The notes beneath the pieces were generated by a model that saw only the letters and a program-made list of their open reading frames with translations, was not told where the DNA came from and did no database searches. Source: Octopus bimaculoides (lineage: Eukaryota). Taken from it: DNA of 39,982 bases. Position 1 is the stretch's first letter. Each line of letters begins with the position of its first letter. The position numbers were made by a program, and so were the translations under genes. This document shows, one piece after another, positions 1-11,972 of this stretch. Location: the NCBI RefSeq assembly GCF_001194135.2, contig NC_068981.1, forward strand, positions 84,613,627 to 84,653,608, written 5' to 3'.

Positions 1-863
1 TATATATATATATATATATATCATCTTGTACAATATACTTATAACTTCATATATTTTGTGCAATATATATGTTTGTGTATATGTACGTATATGTATGTAT
101 GTATGTATGAATGTGAATGCATATATCATTCTGGTCAAAACGTGATCATCTACAATAGCATGCACGTGTTCGAGGTGTGAACGGATTGCTATGAGTCGCT
201 AGCTTTGTTGATTTATAATTTGCTTTCAGCCTTTAGGCTACATACGGAAAGAAACTATCAATAGTAATAATTAGTGCGGAGAACGAATACGTGTTTCTGA
301 CTATTTATATTATGATTAAAATATTTGGTAGATGGGCTTTTATCCCATTTTGATTGGAAGGCTTTTCCTAGACATGGCATGGCCATATCAGTTGAACAAT
401 CAATGGTATGTTAGCGTCCAGCAATAACTTTTCTTGCATGCGTCTCAAATTTGAACTTGATCAAAACAGAATCTTCACTTAGTGAAATATTTTAGTTTGC
501 CATGAAAGAAAATCAATGTCTCGTGTTTCATGGAGATTTCTTCATTAGAGTGTAGAGTAGAGTGTCTTACCTGAAACGTAAGACTTCTCTTCCTTATTGT
601 AATTCAGTGACGAATGTAGGAGTTGCGACCCTTACTCTTCTGAGCGAAATTGTCATGAATAGTAATAATAACTTATCTTCTATTACGATCGAAATTTTAA
701 TTTATTATGCATTTTATTTTGATGCGTTCCATTCAGGATCTTTTACCTGTTATCTTTTATTTGTTCCTCGTTTATATCAATCGATTGCGACCATGCTGGG
801 GCACTGCCATGAAAGGCTTTGAAAAGATGAATCAACCCCAGTTATTATTTTTTTAAATAATAT

Positions 864-1003
864 TATTCTACTGGTCTCTTTTTGCGAATCACTAAGTTTT
901 AAAGACATGAAGAAATCAATACCGGTTGTCAAGTGGTGGGAGTACAAACACAAAGATACTCACACACATATACGCACACGTACATACACTAGCGCAAACT
1001 CAC

Positions 1004-1041
<38 letters not shown>

Positions 1042-1171
1042 NNNNNNNNNNNNNNNNNNNNNNNNNNNNNNNNNNNNNNNNNNNNNNNNNNNNNNNNNNN
1101 NNNNNNNNNNNNNNNNNNNNNNNNNNNNNNNNNNNNNNNNNNNNNNNNNNNNNNNNACATACATACATACA

Positions 1172-1203
<32 letters not shown>

Positions 1204-1212
1204 CATACATAA

Positions 1213-1249
<37 letters not shown>

Positions 1250-1395
1250 CACACCCACACACAACGAGCTTCTTTCAATTTCCGTTTATCAAGTCCATTC
1301 GCAAGGTTTTGTCAGCCCGGAGCTATGGTAGAATACACTTGCACGAATTGTTACACAGTGGAGCAGAAGCTGAAACCATATGGCTAGGAAGCTAC
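864..1395 (-). mobile_element. CORE-like tRNA-derived SINE (family B), diverged, internal microsatellite expanded and gapped
   Basis: Both halves match the family-B copy at 20334-20685 (ggtctctttt-gcgaa..taag..ccggttgtcaag; gcttctttcaatttccgt..agaatacacttgc), separated by (CA)/(TA)/(TACA) repeats and gap 1042-1156. Confidence 0.75.
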
Positions 1396-2043
1396 GTCGG
1401 CACATGCGTTTAAACTTTTGTACTTATCACTTTGTGACTATTCTTCATGTTTTACTGCTTCATATTGACATAATCCTGGTAACAGTATTGATAAAACATG
1501 GCTACAGTTGACTCTGCATTGATTATAGGACGATGAATCTCGACGAAAGATTTCGTCTCAGCATTGTAAACTTCATCAACTTCTGCGTCTTACATCGATA
1601 AACAATAATTCCTAATAATCTTGAAAATGGTATGGTGAAAGCACGATAAGATCAGCCAATCTCTCAAAATGTAGTCCGTCACTTGACGTTAGAAAAATGG
1701 CTGTGCATCGAGGCATTGGAATCAAGTGCAGTGTTCAAAAGCAGTTGGCGGCATATTAATTTGCCGTTCATATTCCTTTTAAATTCACGCGAGAAATTCG
1801 CTTGACCTACCTTCGAAACACTCTCGAAGACATGTGTGTGCGTGCGTGAAGATGATCTTTTTGTTGTTGCGGTTGTACTTGTCGTTGTTCATCTCAGACA
1901 TGTTGTCGACAACTTTGCTAACTTTTCACAGAAATGTGTGTTTTCATTTTTTTATGCAATTAGAAAATATCCATGTTTATAATGTTATGAACCCTTTTTT
2001 AGTTGCTTTCAAGCTTCGTTTTTTTTTTCTTCTGTTTACAACA

Positions 2044-2045
<2 letters not shown>

Positions 2046-2105
<60 letters not shown>

Positions 2106-2140
2106 GTGTGTGTGTGCGCGTGCGTGCGTGCGTGTGTATA
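2046..2140. repeat. (GT)n/(GC) microsatellite
   Basis: Direct reading. Confidence 0.95.
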
Positions 2141-2274
2141 GATATATACATAATTACATACACTCACGTATGTACGTATGTATATACATAACTTGACTTT
2201 AAAACTATTTAGCTAATCCTATCAGGTGGTGCTATTAAGTTAGACATGGCCTGGACCAAGATTCCTGATGTGAA

Positions 2275-2523
2275 GTCGTATATATGTTTATATGTTTATG
2301 TGTGTGTCTTTGTGTCTGTGTTTGTTACCCCCACCCACCTACCATCGCTTGACAACCGACGTCGGTGCGTTTACTTCCCTGTAATATAGTGGTTCGGCAA
2401 AAGAGACCGATAGAATAAGTACTAGGCTAACAAAGATTAAGTCAATTTCTGCTACTAAAAACCCCTTTAAGGTGATGCTCCAGCATGGCCGTAGTCAAAT
2501 GACTGAAACAAATAAAAGAATAC
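2275..2523 (+). mobile_element. Family-B SINE, 3' half
   Basis: catcgcttgacaaccga..ggttcggcaaaagagaccgatagaataagtactagg..gctccagcatggccgtagtcaaatgactgaaacaaataaaagaa is the reverse complement of the 39808-39982 copy. Confidence 0.85.
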
Positions 2524-3454
2524 ATTCGTTAAATGGGGGGGGGGTATAGCATTAACTTTTTGGCATAAATAACGCAACTGAACGCACCGTAATACACAGG
2601 TATGCAAAATCGCTAAAAGTGGATTATAAAATAAAATCTTAGATTAGAATACGTAGTGGATACGTATTTCAATCTAGGTGCTCCCGATTGTGGTACTCCA
2701 GTACGGCCGTTGTCCAATTACTAAAATTAGTAAAAAAGAAAAATGATAACCGATTCTGGATAGTCTCGTTCTTCACCACCATACTGTGTACAAAGGAAAA
2801 TGAACAATAAAACACAAATGTACGATTTTTACAAACAAGAACACATGTTCCCTAGGACTACGAATGAAACAAACCACAGTTACCACCTCCACTCCCAACA
2901 CAACAAATCACTACAATAATACTAACTACAACGACATGAGAATCTATATATGCGTTCATAAACTCCACACTTCATAGAAGTTTTATTACCACAAAATCCA
3001 AATGAAAAGGCAGATGTTTGGAAAATTGTAAGGTGTGTTTTCTGAGCAGAGCTCATGAATTCGTTAATAAATTTCACTCTTTAACCCCAAAATTCCCACC
3101 GCATTCATATCACATTAATTTATTTTATACTCAATCAACTCTGCTCAAATATACAACAAACAATACACATCCTACGGGTTTGGCTACTCTATCCCGTAAC
3201 ACAGAAATGGGCGTGTGTTTTTGTATATTAATATATNNNNNNNNNNNNNNNNNNNNNNNNNNNNNNNNNNNNNNNTATATATATAGTGACTGGTATGTGG
3301 GTTGCTTAAATTAATTCTTATAGCTCCTTTTAAAATAATTTTACTGCACCAAATAACCCCGCAACGAAGTGGCCTAACTAGGTAGTTAATAGCGTTTACC
3401 TATCTGTCCGTCTGTCTATCTGCCTGCCTTTCTACATATGTGTGTGCATGTGAG

Positions 3455-3482
3455 AGAGAGAGGGGGGGGTGGAAGAAAGAAA

Positions 3483-3520
<38 letters not shown>

Positions 3521-3540
3521 GAGATAGACGAGCGAGAGAG
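3455..3540. repeat. (GAAA)n/(GA)n purine tract
   Basis: Direct reading. Confidence 0.9.
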
Positions 3541-3889
3541 AACCTTTTGTATATGTTGATGATGTTTTTTTGATTTGTGAACCTGACTTTAAATCTATTA
3601 CGAGTCTTTCTCTGTCTTTCTCAACAAGTAACATAAATCGTCCATTTTAAGATACACCTATCTGTGTAGCTGGCAGTTAATAAATATTGTGGGAAAGGTC
3701 ACGGATACCAGCGATCACAAAAAGGATTTGCGTAAACTGCTTCGATCGCCCGCATTAGTGCGTGGGATAAATAAATATTTATACACACAAATATACACGC
3801 ACATACACACACATGCGCATATATACCTATATATACATGTGTTTGCGTTTAAATATATGTATATGTATATCTGTCTTTAATTGTGTGAG

Positions 3890-4280
<391 letters not shown>

Positions 4281-4500
4281 ATATATAATACATGTACATA
4301 TTACAACAAATGTAATATGTATGGGTGTATAACTTTGTTGTTTTTGGTTTCCAAATGTGAAGCATTCGACATATTCAAGAAACTTACCTACTTTCATACA
4401 AATTCCTCTGTCTTTTACATGCATTATAAGTAAATTAAGTATGAATTTCTGCATATATTTTGTCACATTTTTATCAACCTGACAGTGTGTGTATTTAATA

Positions 4501-4939
4501 TTCTTTTCTACTTTAGACACAAGACCCGAAATTTTGCAGAAGAAAACCAGTCGATTAGATCGACTCTAGTACGCAACTGGTACTTAATTTATAGACCCCT
4601 TAAGGATGAAAGGCAAAGTCGACCTCGGCAGAATTTGAACTCAGAACGTACAGTTAGACGAAATACCGCTAAGCATTTCGCCCGGCGTGCTAACGTTTCT
4701 TTTCTACTCTAGGAACAAGGCCCGAATTTTTGCGGAAGGGGCCAGTCGATTAGATCGACCTCAGTACGCAACTGGTACTTAATTCATCGACTTCAAAAGG
4801 ATGAAAGGCAAAGTCAACCCCGGCAAAATTTGAACTCAGAACGTAAAGACAAACGAAATACCGTTAAGCATTTCGCCGACGTGCTAACGTTTCTTTTCTA
4901 CTCTAGGAACAAGGCCCGAATTTTTGCGGAAGGGGCCAG
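4501..4939 (-). mobile_element. Head-to-tail tandem array (~195-bp period) of tRNA-derived SINE family A, running into a gap
   Basis: ttcttttctact recurs at 4501, 4697 and 4891. The minus strand has a B-box (GAGTTCAAATTC) and the central motif GTCGACTTTGCCTTTCATCCTT..GGGGTC.ATAAATTAAGTACCAG. Confidence 0.85.
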
Positions 4940-5508
4940 NNNNNNNNNNNNNNNNNNNNNNNNNNNNNNNNNNNNNNNNNNNNNNNNNNNNNNNNNNNNN
5001 NNNNNNNNNNNNNNNNNNNNNNNNNNNNNNNNNNNNNNNNNNNNNNNNNNNNNNNNNNNNNNNNNNNNNNNNNNNNNNNNNNNNNNNNNNNNNNNNNNNN
5101 NNNNNNNNNNNNNNNNNNNNNNNNNNNNNNNNNNNNNNNNNNNNNNNNNNNNNNNNNNNNNNNNNNNNNNNNNNNNNNNNNNNNNNNNNNNNNNNNNNNN
5201 NNNNNNNNNNNNNNNNNNNNNNNNNNNNNNNNNNNNNNNNNNNNNNNNNNNNNNNNNNNNNNNNNNNNNNNNNNNNNNNNNNNNNNNNNNNNNNNNNNNN
5301 NNNNNNNNNNNNNNNNNNNNNNNNNNNNNNNNNNNNNNNNNNNNNNNNNNNNNNNNNNNNNNNNNNNNNNNNNNNNNNNNNNNNNNNNNNNNNNNNNNNN
5401 NNNNNNNNNNNNNNNNNNNNNNNNNNNNNNNNNNNNNNNNNNNNNNNNNNNNNNNNNNNNNNNNNNNNNNNNNNNNNNNNNNNNNNNNNNNNNNNTATAT
5501 ATATATAT

Positions 5509-5539
<31 letters not shown>

Positions 5540-6063
5540 TACAGATGTTTATATATACATAAGTATATATATATATACATACATACAGGTGTAAGATCCA
5601 GGGATGGAGGTTTAGGAAGAAAATCAGCTTCAAGTAATCCGTAGTGGATATAAAAAAACAACTTTCAGGGACAATAGTGGTTTATTGAGACGGAAGGTTG
5701 TGGATGTTTTTTTTATTTTTGCATCGAAGTACAATAAGCTGAAAAAAGTTCTTTTTATATTTCACGGTAGGTGACCGGGTTTGCCGGGTGTGCGAATAAG
5801 AATACAAGAGTTACGGAATGGAGTACGTAAGATCCGAGCTACATAGGTTTCATAGCGAGCAAAACCTCAGAAGTGGTAAAAATCCAAGCGAGATGTATGC
5901 CGCAGACTACTCTTCAGGCCGAGGATATCTTGTTTGAATTAGAGGTTACATTGTCGCCTATGTAATTTGACATCGGGAAGATGTCGCTGACCCACAACAC
6001 CATTCCCTTTTGAAAATAACAGGATTGCATATAGGGTTCGAACACGCTCACGTTTCGTGAACA

Positions 6064-7490
6064 TGCTGTGAAGGTTCAGTTATAGCTGCGAAGGTTGAGG
6101 AGGCTCTGGTGAACTGCGTTGGGAACAAGTCGCCGGGTCTAGATAGTCTTCCCTATGAACTGTATTGTAGTATGCCAGACATGTTTGGGCACTTACTGGC
6201 TTGCGGCGAATTCACGAACTGGCAGCAGAGTGAGTTTATTCCCAAATCTGTGAGCCGGGAGTGGTAACGCTGCTTAGAAAGGACCCAAACAAGGGGGATA
6301 GTATAGACAACTTTAGGCCCATCACTCTGCTAAACACAGAGATAAAGATTTTGGCCAAGGTGTTTGCAAAAAGGTTGGCACGTATCTTGGATGGACTCGT
6401 CGTAGAGGCACAAATATGCGCCGTTCCCGGCAGATCCATACACGATAATCTCTCCCTTCTACGCTGTACTCTAGAGAGGGCTAGTAGGATTACTGGCAAG
6501 GGTGGGGGCACTGGTACATTTATACCAGTCTAAGGCTTTCGACAGGGTTGACCATCGATACCTGGTGATGGTCCTCGCGGCTTTCGGGCTTGGCCCCGTT
6601 AGCCGCCGCTGGATCGTAGCTTTGTATAGTAACATCGACACGATCGTTTGGGTGAACGGTTTTCTTTCGTAGCCTTTCAACATCAAATGCTTTGTTTGTC
6701 AAGGATGTCTTCTCTCTCCCATTCTGTACGTTTTGACTCTTGAGCCTTTGCTGCGGAGAATGGGAGGACCAAAGGACATCCCGTGTGACTTAGCAATGCT
6801 TCCGAGGTGCACTACCGGTTCGCGATAAACTCGCAAGGCATGGTGGATCCTGTTCACCCTTGTGCCCAAGATGTGAGCAGGACAGGGAAATCGTTCTGCA
6901 CGCGCTTATGCAGTGCCCTAAAATTCAGGAAATGTGGTTTTACGTAGAACATCTGTTATCACGACTAAGAAGAGTACAGCTGTCTTCCGAGTCGATCATA
7001 AAAATTGTTTCCCCTTCCTCTTTTGTCAAAGAGAATAAGGCATGTTTTTACACTGTAGTAGCTATTATGAAAGAGGTCGTGTAGAAGACCCGTGTGAAAG
7101 GTATCGTGACAGGCACTTTTATCTCCAGTCTTGGTCTGGTGAAATTCCTATCCTTTCACCTAAAAAGGAAGATTAGGGTGGAGAAAGAGTGCCTGTCGCC
7201 AGATGAGTACAAACAAAAATGGAAAATGGTAGCAAGAATAGTAGGAGTGAACGTCTCCAATTGAGAGTGTCCTGAAAGTCTTCCCAAAAGTAACAGTAGC
7301 GGACCGGGGCTTGCAGGGCCGAAAGCAGAACCTGTCCCCCACTTTATGGTTTGTTATTTGTATTGTTTCTCATTCGAACTGTTATCAAGATTTTTATTTG
7401 TTTTTTCATATTTATGTTTTCTCATCCCGGCCCCACTTCACTGTATCGTCTCCTCTATGTCTGGCCCCCTGTGAGCAATAAAGAATTAAT
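6064..7490 (+). mobile_element. Tx1-clade (L1-group) non-LTR retrotransposon remnant: 5'-truncated, internally deleted, frameshifted ORF2 plus 3' UTR
   Basis: Translations KSPGLDSLPYELY, VVTLLRKDPNKGDSIDNFRPITLLNTEIKILAKVFAKRL, AFDRVDHRYL, QGCLLSPILYVLTLEPLL (RT domains up to 4), then RGALPVRDKLARHG..CPRCEQDREIVLHALMQCP (zf-RVT type). Stop at ~7264; AATAAAG at ~7477. Confidence 0.9.
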
Positions 7491-8699
7491 TCGTTTCCCC
7501 AACGCAGCAAGCATGCCAAGACTGGCAAGAAATCAGAGGGAGCAAGCCATCGGACGTCTCCATGCTGATCAACGTCCATGGGTCATTGCTAATGACTTGA
7601 ACTGCAGTATTCGGACAATTGAGCGGCTGAAAGAATGATACAATGCCCCAAACAGCATGATGATCGTCTACGCAGTGGTCGACCAAGGGTTACAACGGCA
7701 CGTCAAGATCGTTACTTGCACCGACAGCACTTGCAGGACCGATGCGAGAGGGTAACGGAATCAGCTATGCAGACCCTAGGGACTCACCACAGATCTGTTT
7801 GTGCAGAAACGGTTCGCCGCCGGCTGAGATCTTTCAATTTGTCTTGCTGACGTCTGGCTATGGGCCCCATCCTAACAGATTGTCATCGACGGGCACGACT
7901 GTAGTGGGCTCAAAAACGTCAGAACTGGCGATATCAGCAGTGGAGGACTGTAGTCTTCCCTGAAGAGAGTCAATATTGCATTTCTGTGACAGATGGCAGA
8001 GCTAGGGTTTGGAGAAGAAGGGGTGAACGTCATGTCGATTGCAGTGTGGTGGAGAGAGATTCATGGGGAAGACAGAGCATCATGGTATAGGGCGGAATAG
8101 CACTCAACCAGAAATTTGGACCAGGGCAAAGGAGTAACCGCTGCTCGCCACATCGACCAAGTGTTGAGGCCTTACATTGTGTCATACCCGTCATTGGAAT
8201 CGCGTGTTCCAACACGACAACGTCCGTGCCCATACTATCAGGTTGACAACGGACTTTCTCCAACAGCACAAAATCCAGACTATGCCATGTCCTGCCCTAA
8301 TTCAAGACTTGAAACCCTTAGAGCACCTGTAGGACGAAATCCAAAGAAGGCTAAATGATATCTGTCCAAGGCCGACAACTGCAGCACGTCTCCCTGCAAG
8401 TTTTAACAAAGTGTGGGCTGCTATCCCCATGACGTTTATCAGTCGTTTGGTGCATTCAATGTACAGAAGATACCTGGCGGTAATCAACGGTAAGAAAGGT
8501 CACACGACATATTGAGTTCATCTCTTTGTATCCTGGACACTTCGTCGTCATGTGACACCATGTTTTAGGAAATAACGTTTCATAATTAGGACAGAACGGT
8601 TTCTTAATTAGCATTCTTCAATCAATGCTACGGTGGTTTGTTAATAAACTGGTTTCTATTTAGTATGTGTGCGACGTTACTTTTGTGGTTCAGTTTATA
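7491..8699 (+). mobile_element. Decayed Tc1-family DNA transposon (DD34E transposase pseudogene 7513-8515) with 3' TIR and TA
   Basis: MPRLARNQREQAIGRL..RSGRPRVTTARQDRYL (paired HTH and GRPR). Catalytic region VVFPEES (D>E), QHDN-34aa-E (DLKPLEHL), C-terminal GHTTY*. Several stops and frameshifts. 3' end ..ttttgtggttcagttta|ta resembles a Tc1 TIR; no 5' TIR found in sequenced bases. Confidence 0.9.
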
Positions 8700-8957
8700 C
8701 ATACATGGTGGTTGTCTACTCCTTAAACAGAGTTTGACCACCTCCTGCACCTACACCTTAGCCCTTTCATGGCGTCTGATGTAGCTTTTTAAACCAGACA
8801 GTGTTTTGAAAAAACACCCACACAGATTGCACCTCTGATTTGCACTACCAATACCTGCAAGTAAGTTCTGCTCATTGTGGATCCTAACATGTCTTTTAAG
8901 ACCCCCATTGGATTTGCAAACCCTCTGGCACACACCACATTCAAACGTGTGCACAGA
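8700..8957 (-). mobile_element. Two C2H2 zinc fingers ending an ORF, probably the 3' end of a LINE (RTE-like) rather than a host ZNF gene
   Basis: CGVCQRVCKSNGGLKRHVRIH is a perfect C-x2-C-x12-H-x3-H. The second finger CNLC-x12-Y-x3-H has His>Tyr. The linker is long and not TGEKP. Stop at 8751-8753, then a ~45-nt UTR and an atgtatgtat tail. Upstream is lost in gap 8958-9554. Confidence 0.55.
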
Positions 8958-9554
8958 NNNNNNNNNNNNNNNNNNNNNNNNNNNNNNNNNNNNNNNNNNN
9001 NNNNNNNNNNNNNNNNNNNNNNNNNNNNNNNNNNNNNNNNNNNNNNNNNNNNNNNNNNNNNNNNNNNNNNNNNNNNNNNNNNNNNNNNNNNNNNNNNNNN
9101 NNNNNNNNNNNNNNNNNNNNNNNNNNNNNNNNNNNNNNNNNNNNNNNNNNNNNNNNNNNNNNNNNNNNNNNNNNNNNNNNNNNNNNNNNNNNNNNNNNNN
9201 NNNNNNNNNNNNNNNNNNNNNNNNNNNNNNNNNNNNNNNNNNNNNNNNNNNNNNNNNNNNNNNNNNNNNNNNNNNNNNNNNNNNNNNNNNNNNNNNNNNN
9301 NNNNNNNNNNNNNNNNNNNNNNNNNNNNNNNNNNNNNNNNNNNNNNNNNNNNNNNNNNNNNNNNNNNNNNNNNNNNNNNNNNNNNNNNNNNNNNNNNNNN
9401 NNNNNNNNNNNNNNNNNNNNNNNNNNNNNNNNNNNNNNNNNNNNNNNNNNNNNNNNNNNNNNNNNNNNNNNNNNNNNNNNNNNNNNNNNNNNNNNNNNNN
9501 NNNNNNNNNNNNNNNNNNNNNNNNNNNNNNNNNNNNNNNNNNNNNNNNNNNNNN

Positions 9555-9588
<34 letters not shown>

Positions 9589-10095
9589 CACACACACATT
9601 CATTTATATACTTATAAATATATACATACATATATACTTTTATACACACACACAAATGAACATTCGTACATACATGCATGCATACATACATACATACATA
9701 CATACATACATACATACATCATAATTTCCCCGCCTGTGTGAAAATACACACTACCATCAAGTCCACAGGTGTGACCAATGATAAGGACCGTTAGTGAAGC
9801 AGTCATGTGTATTGTTCCTGTTTATTCGCTTGCTTTTGCTCTTTATATTAAAGCTGAGAAAACCTGCGCTGAAGGAAAACAATTAATAAACGAATAAATA
9901 GATAAAATGTGGATAAAAACATAAATACATGAATAAATGAATATAATATTTAGCAAGTTACAGTGTTTAAGTTGCGCATAAGATGGTGGTCACCATCGGT
10001 GGAGAAGGGGTTTAGTATATACTAGTGCTGATGTAGTTTTCTACATAAGGGATAACAATGATTCTGTGGACACATGTTATTGTTATGATACAAAA

Positions 10096-10156
10096 GGCGC
10101 GGGCATGGCTGAATGACAAAGAAGTTCGATTCCCAATCGTGAGTTCGATCCTCCTG
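10096..10156 (+). mobile_element. Degenerate tRNA-like SINE head fragment
   Basis: ggcgcgggcatggctg..aagaag..ttcccaa..gagttcgatcc has A/B-box-like motifs and resembles the family-B head. Confidence 0.4.
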
Positions 10157-10171
10157 TTTTATCATCTAGGA

Positions 10172-10520
10172 CAGTAGTTGTTAATCATTTTTTAACTATG
10201 GACCCTTTTACTTATTAACTTATTCTGATGGATCTCCCCACCCCCAATCCCATAGCCATTCGATGTTTAAAGACTAATTTTATAGAGACTTCTTTCAAAA
10301 TTCTTATTTTGTTATTCACTCATTCACCCGTATAGTTTGAACTACGTAAAATGTTTCAGAAAGAAACCTAGCTGTTTCTTGCAATTCATACATTTTAATC
10401 AAAACTTTTCATGAATCCCTAATTTACAATTTTGCTCGCGTGGATCCCCAAAAGTTTTATATGGACACCAGGGTTCATATGGACACCAGAGTTCATATGG
10501 AACCCAGTTGAAAACCACTG
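10172..10520. mobile_element. Non-autonomous hAT (Charlie-like) MITE, 349 bp
   Basis: TIRs CAGTAGTTGTTAA / revcomp CAGTGGTTTTCAA (10/13 identical). 8-bp TSD ATCTAGGA (10164-10171) / ATCTAGGG (10521-10528), close to the NTCTAGAN Charlie preference. Subterminal 18-bp repeats ATATGGACACCAG(G/A)GTTC at 10459-10494. Confidence 0.8.
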
Positions 10521-11485
10521 ATCTAGGGGAAAATACTTTCTAAATTTAGTTTCGAGTGAATCCCAAGTCTTATGGGTGAATTAGAGTAGACAGAAACCAT
10601 GTGGAACTCCAACGAACAGATTGTACATGTTTGTCACGTTGTATTACATTCTGTCGCGCTAATTTCTAACTGAGAATTACATTAAGGCTAGATAAGTCGG
10701 TGTCTGAGGAATACTTAGCTATGAACAAATAATGGACAAATCATTCAGTTTAACCTAGGACTAAATGAATGCTCATCGTTGGAAGCGATGCAGATCCATT
10801 TTACTTGTGTATATAAAATACTCGTCCGCAGACCTTATTGTTCTATGAGTAGTTTTAGTTTGGGAAACAACTAGAGAACTTCTCATTGAACTTGACGGAG
10901 GACTTGCTTATTCAAATGACTCAAATATGTTAACAGACTTTAGCAACTCCAGGGCCTACAGGGGAGGTGTTCGATCTGTACATCGCTCAGGAGTCTAGAG
11001 AGGAGTAAATGAATATGTAACAGAGCCTTCTGTCTCTGTGCTGTTCTCATTGTTGTTGTTGTTNNNNNNNNNNNNNNNNNNNNNNNNNNNNNNNNNNNNN
11101 NNNNNNNNNNNNNNNNNNNNNNNNNNNNNNNNNNNNNNNNNNNNNNNNNNNNNNNNNNNNNNNNNNNNNNNNNNNNNNNNNNNNNNNNNNNNNNNNNNNN
11201 NNNNNNNNNNNNNNNNNNNNNNNNNNNNNNNNNNNNNNNNNNNNNNNNNNNNNNNNNNNNNNNNNNNNNNNNNNNNNNNNNNNNNNNNNNNNNNNNNNNN
11301 NNNNNNNNNNNNNNNNNNNNNNNNNNNNNNNNNNNNNNNNNNNNNNNNNNNNNNNNNNNNNNNNNNNNNNNNNNNNNNNNNNNNNNNNNNNNNNNNNNNN
11401 NNNNNNNNNNNNNNNNNNNNNNNNNNNNNGAGGAGGAGGAAGAGGAGGAGATGAGATAAGAGAACATTAATGATTTCAATTTTGT

Positions 11486-11972
11486 CACAAAGCCTACAAT
11501 TTTAGGGGCGGGGTGGGTATGTTGATTTCATGTCCCTCCCTCGTACTCAATTGGTACTTATTTTATCGACCCCGAAAAGCTAAAAAGCAAAGTCGACCTT
11601 GGTAGGATTCGAACTCATAACATAAAGAGGGACGAAACACCGCTAAGCCTTTTATCGACTCCGAAACAATAAAAAGCAAAGTTAGCTACGACGAGATTTA
11701 AACTCAGAACATAAAATCAAAAAAAAAACTGTTAAGCATATTATCCGAAACGTTAACTTTTCTGCCAGCTCGCCGTTTTTAATTGTTTGTAAATCTGTCA
11801 CAAAGCAAGCAGTTTCGAGTGGAGAACAGAAGACAATTTCATCGACCCCAGTATTTGAATAATATTTATATTAACGACCATGAAAGTGCTGAAAGTAAAG
11901 GCCATACGCTATAAGTCGGAAGAAATTGCACACAACATTTCTCCTTCGGTCTTACAATTCTGTCAGTTTGTC
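11486..11972 (-). mobile_element. Family-A SINE copies: one with an internal duplication (11486-11775) and an older adjacent copy (11800-11972)
   Basis: ttttatcgac.ccgaaa..aaaaagcaaagt..gaactca.aacataaa occurs twice; 5' head revcomp cggcgagctggcagaaaagttaacg. Confidence 0.75.

Noticed and set aside
1790-1935. Signal-peptide-like MIFLLLRLYLSLF (plus) and an AAG|GTAGGT donor (minus)
   Set aside because: Low-complexity TTG-rich sequence gives hydrophobic translations by chance; no consistent exon could be built.
4501-4939. Regularly spaced repeats as a CRISPR-like array
   Set aside because: The units are whole SINE bodies with no unique spacers, the context is eukaryotic, and there are no cas genes.
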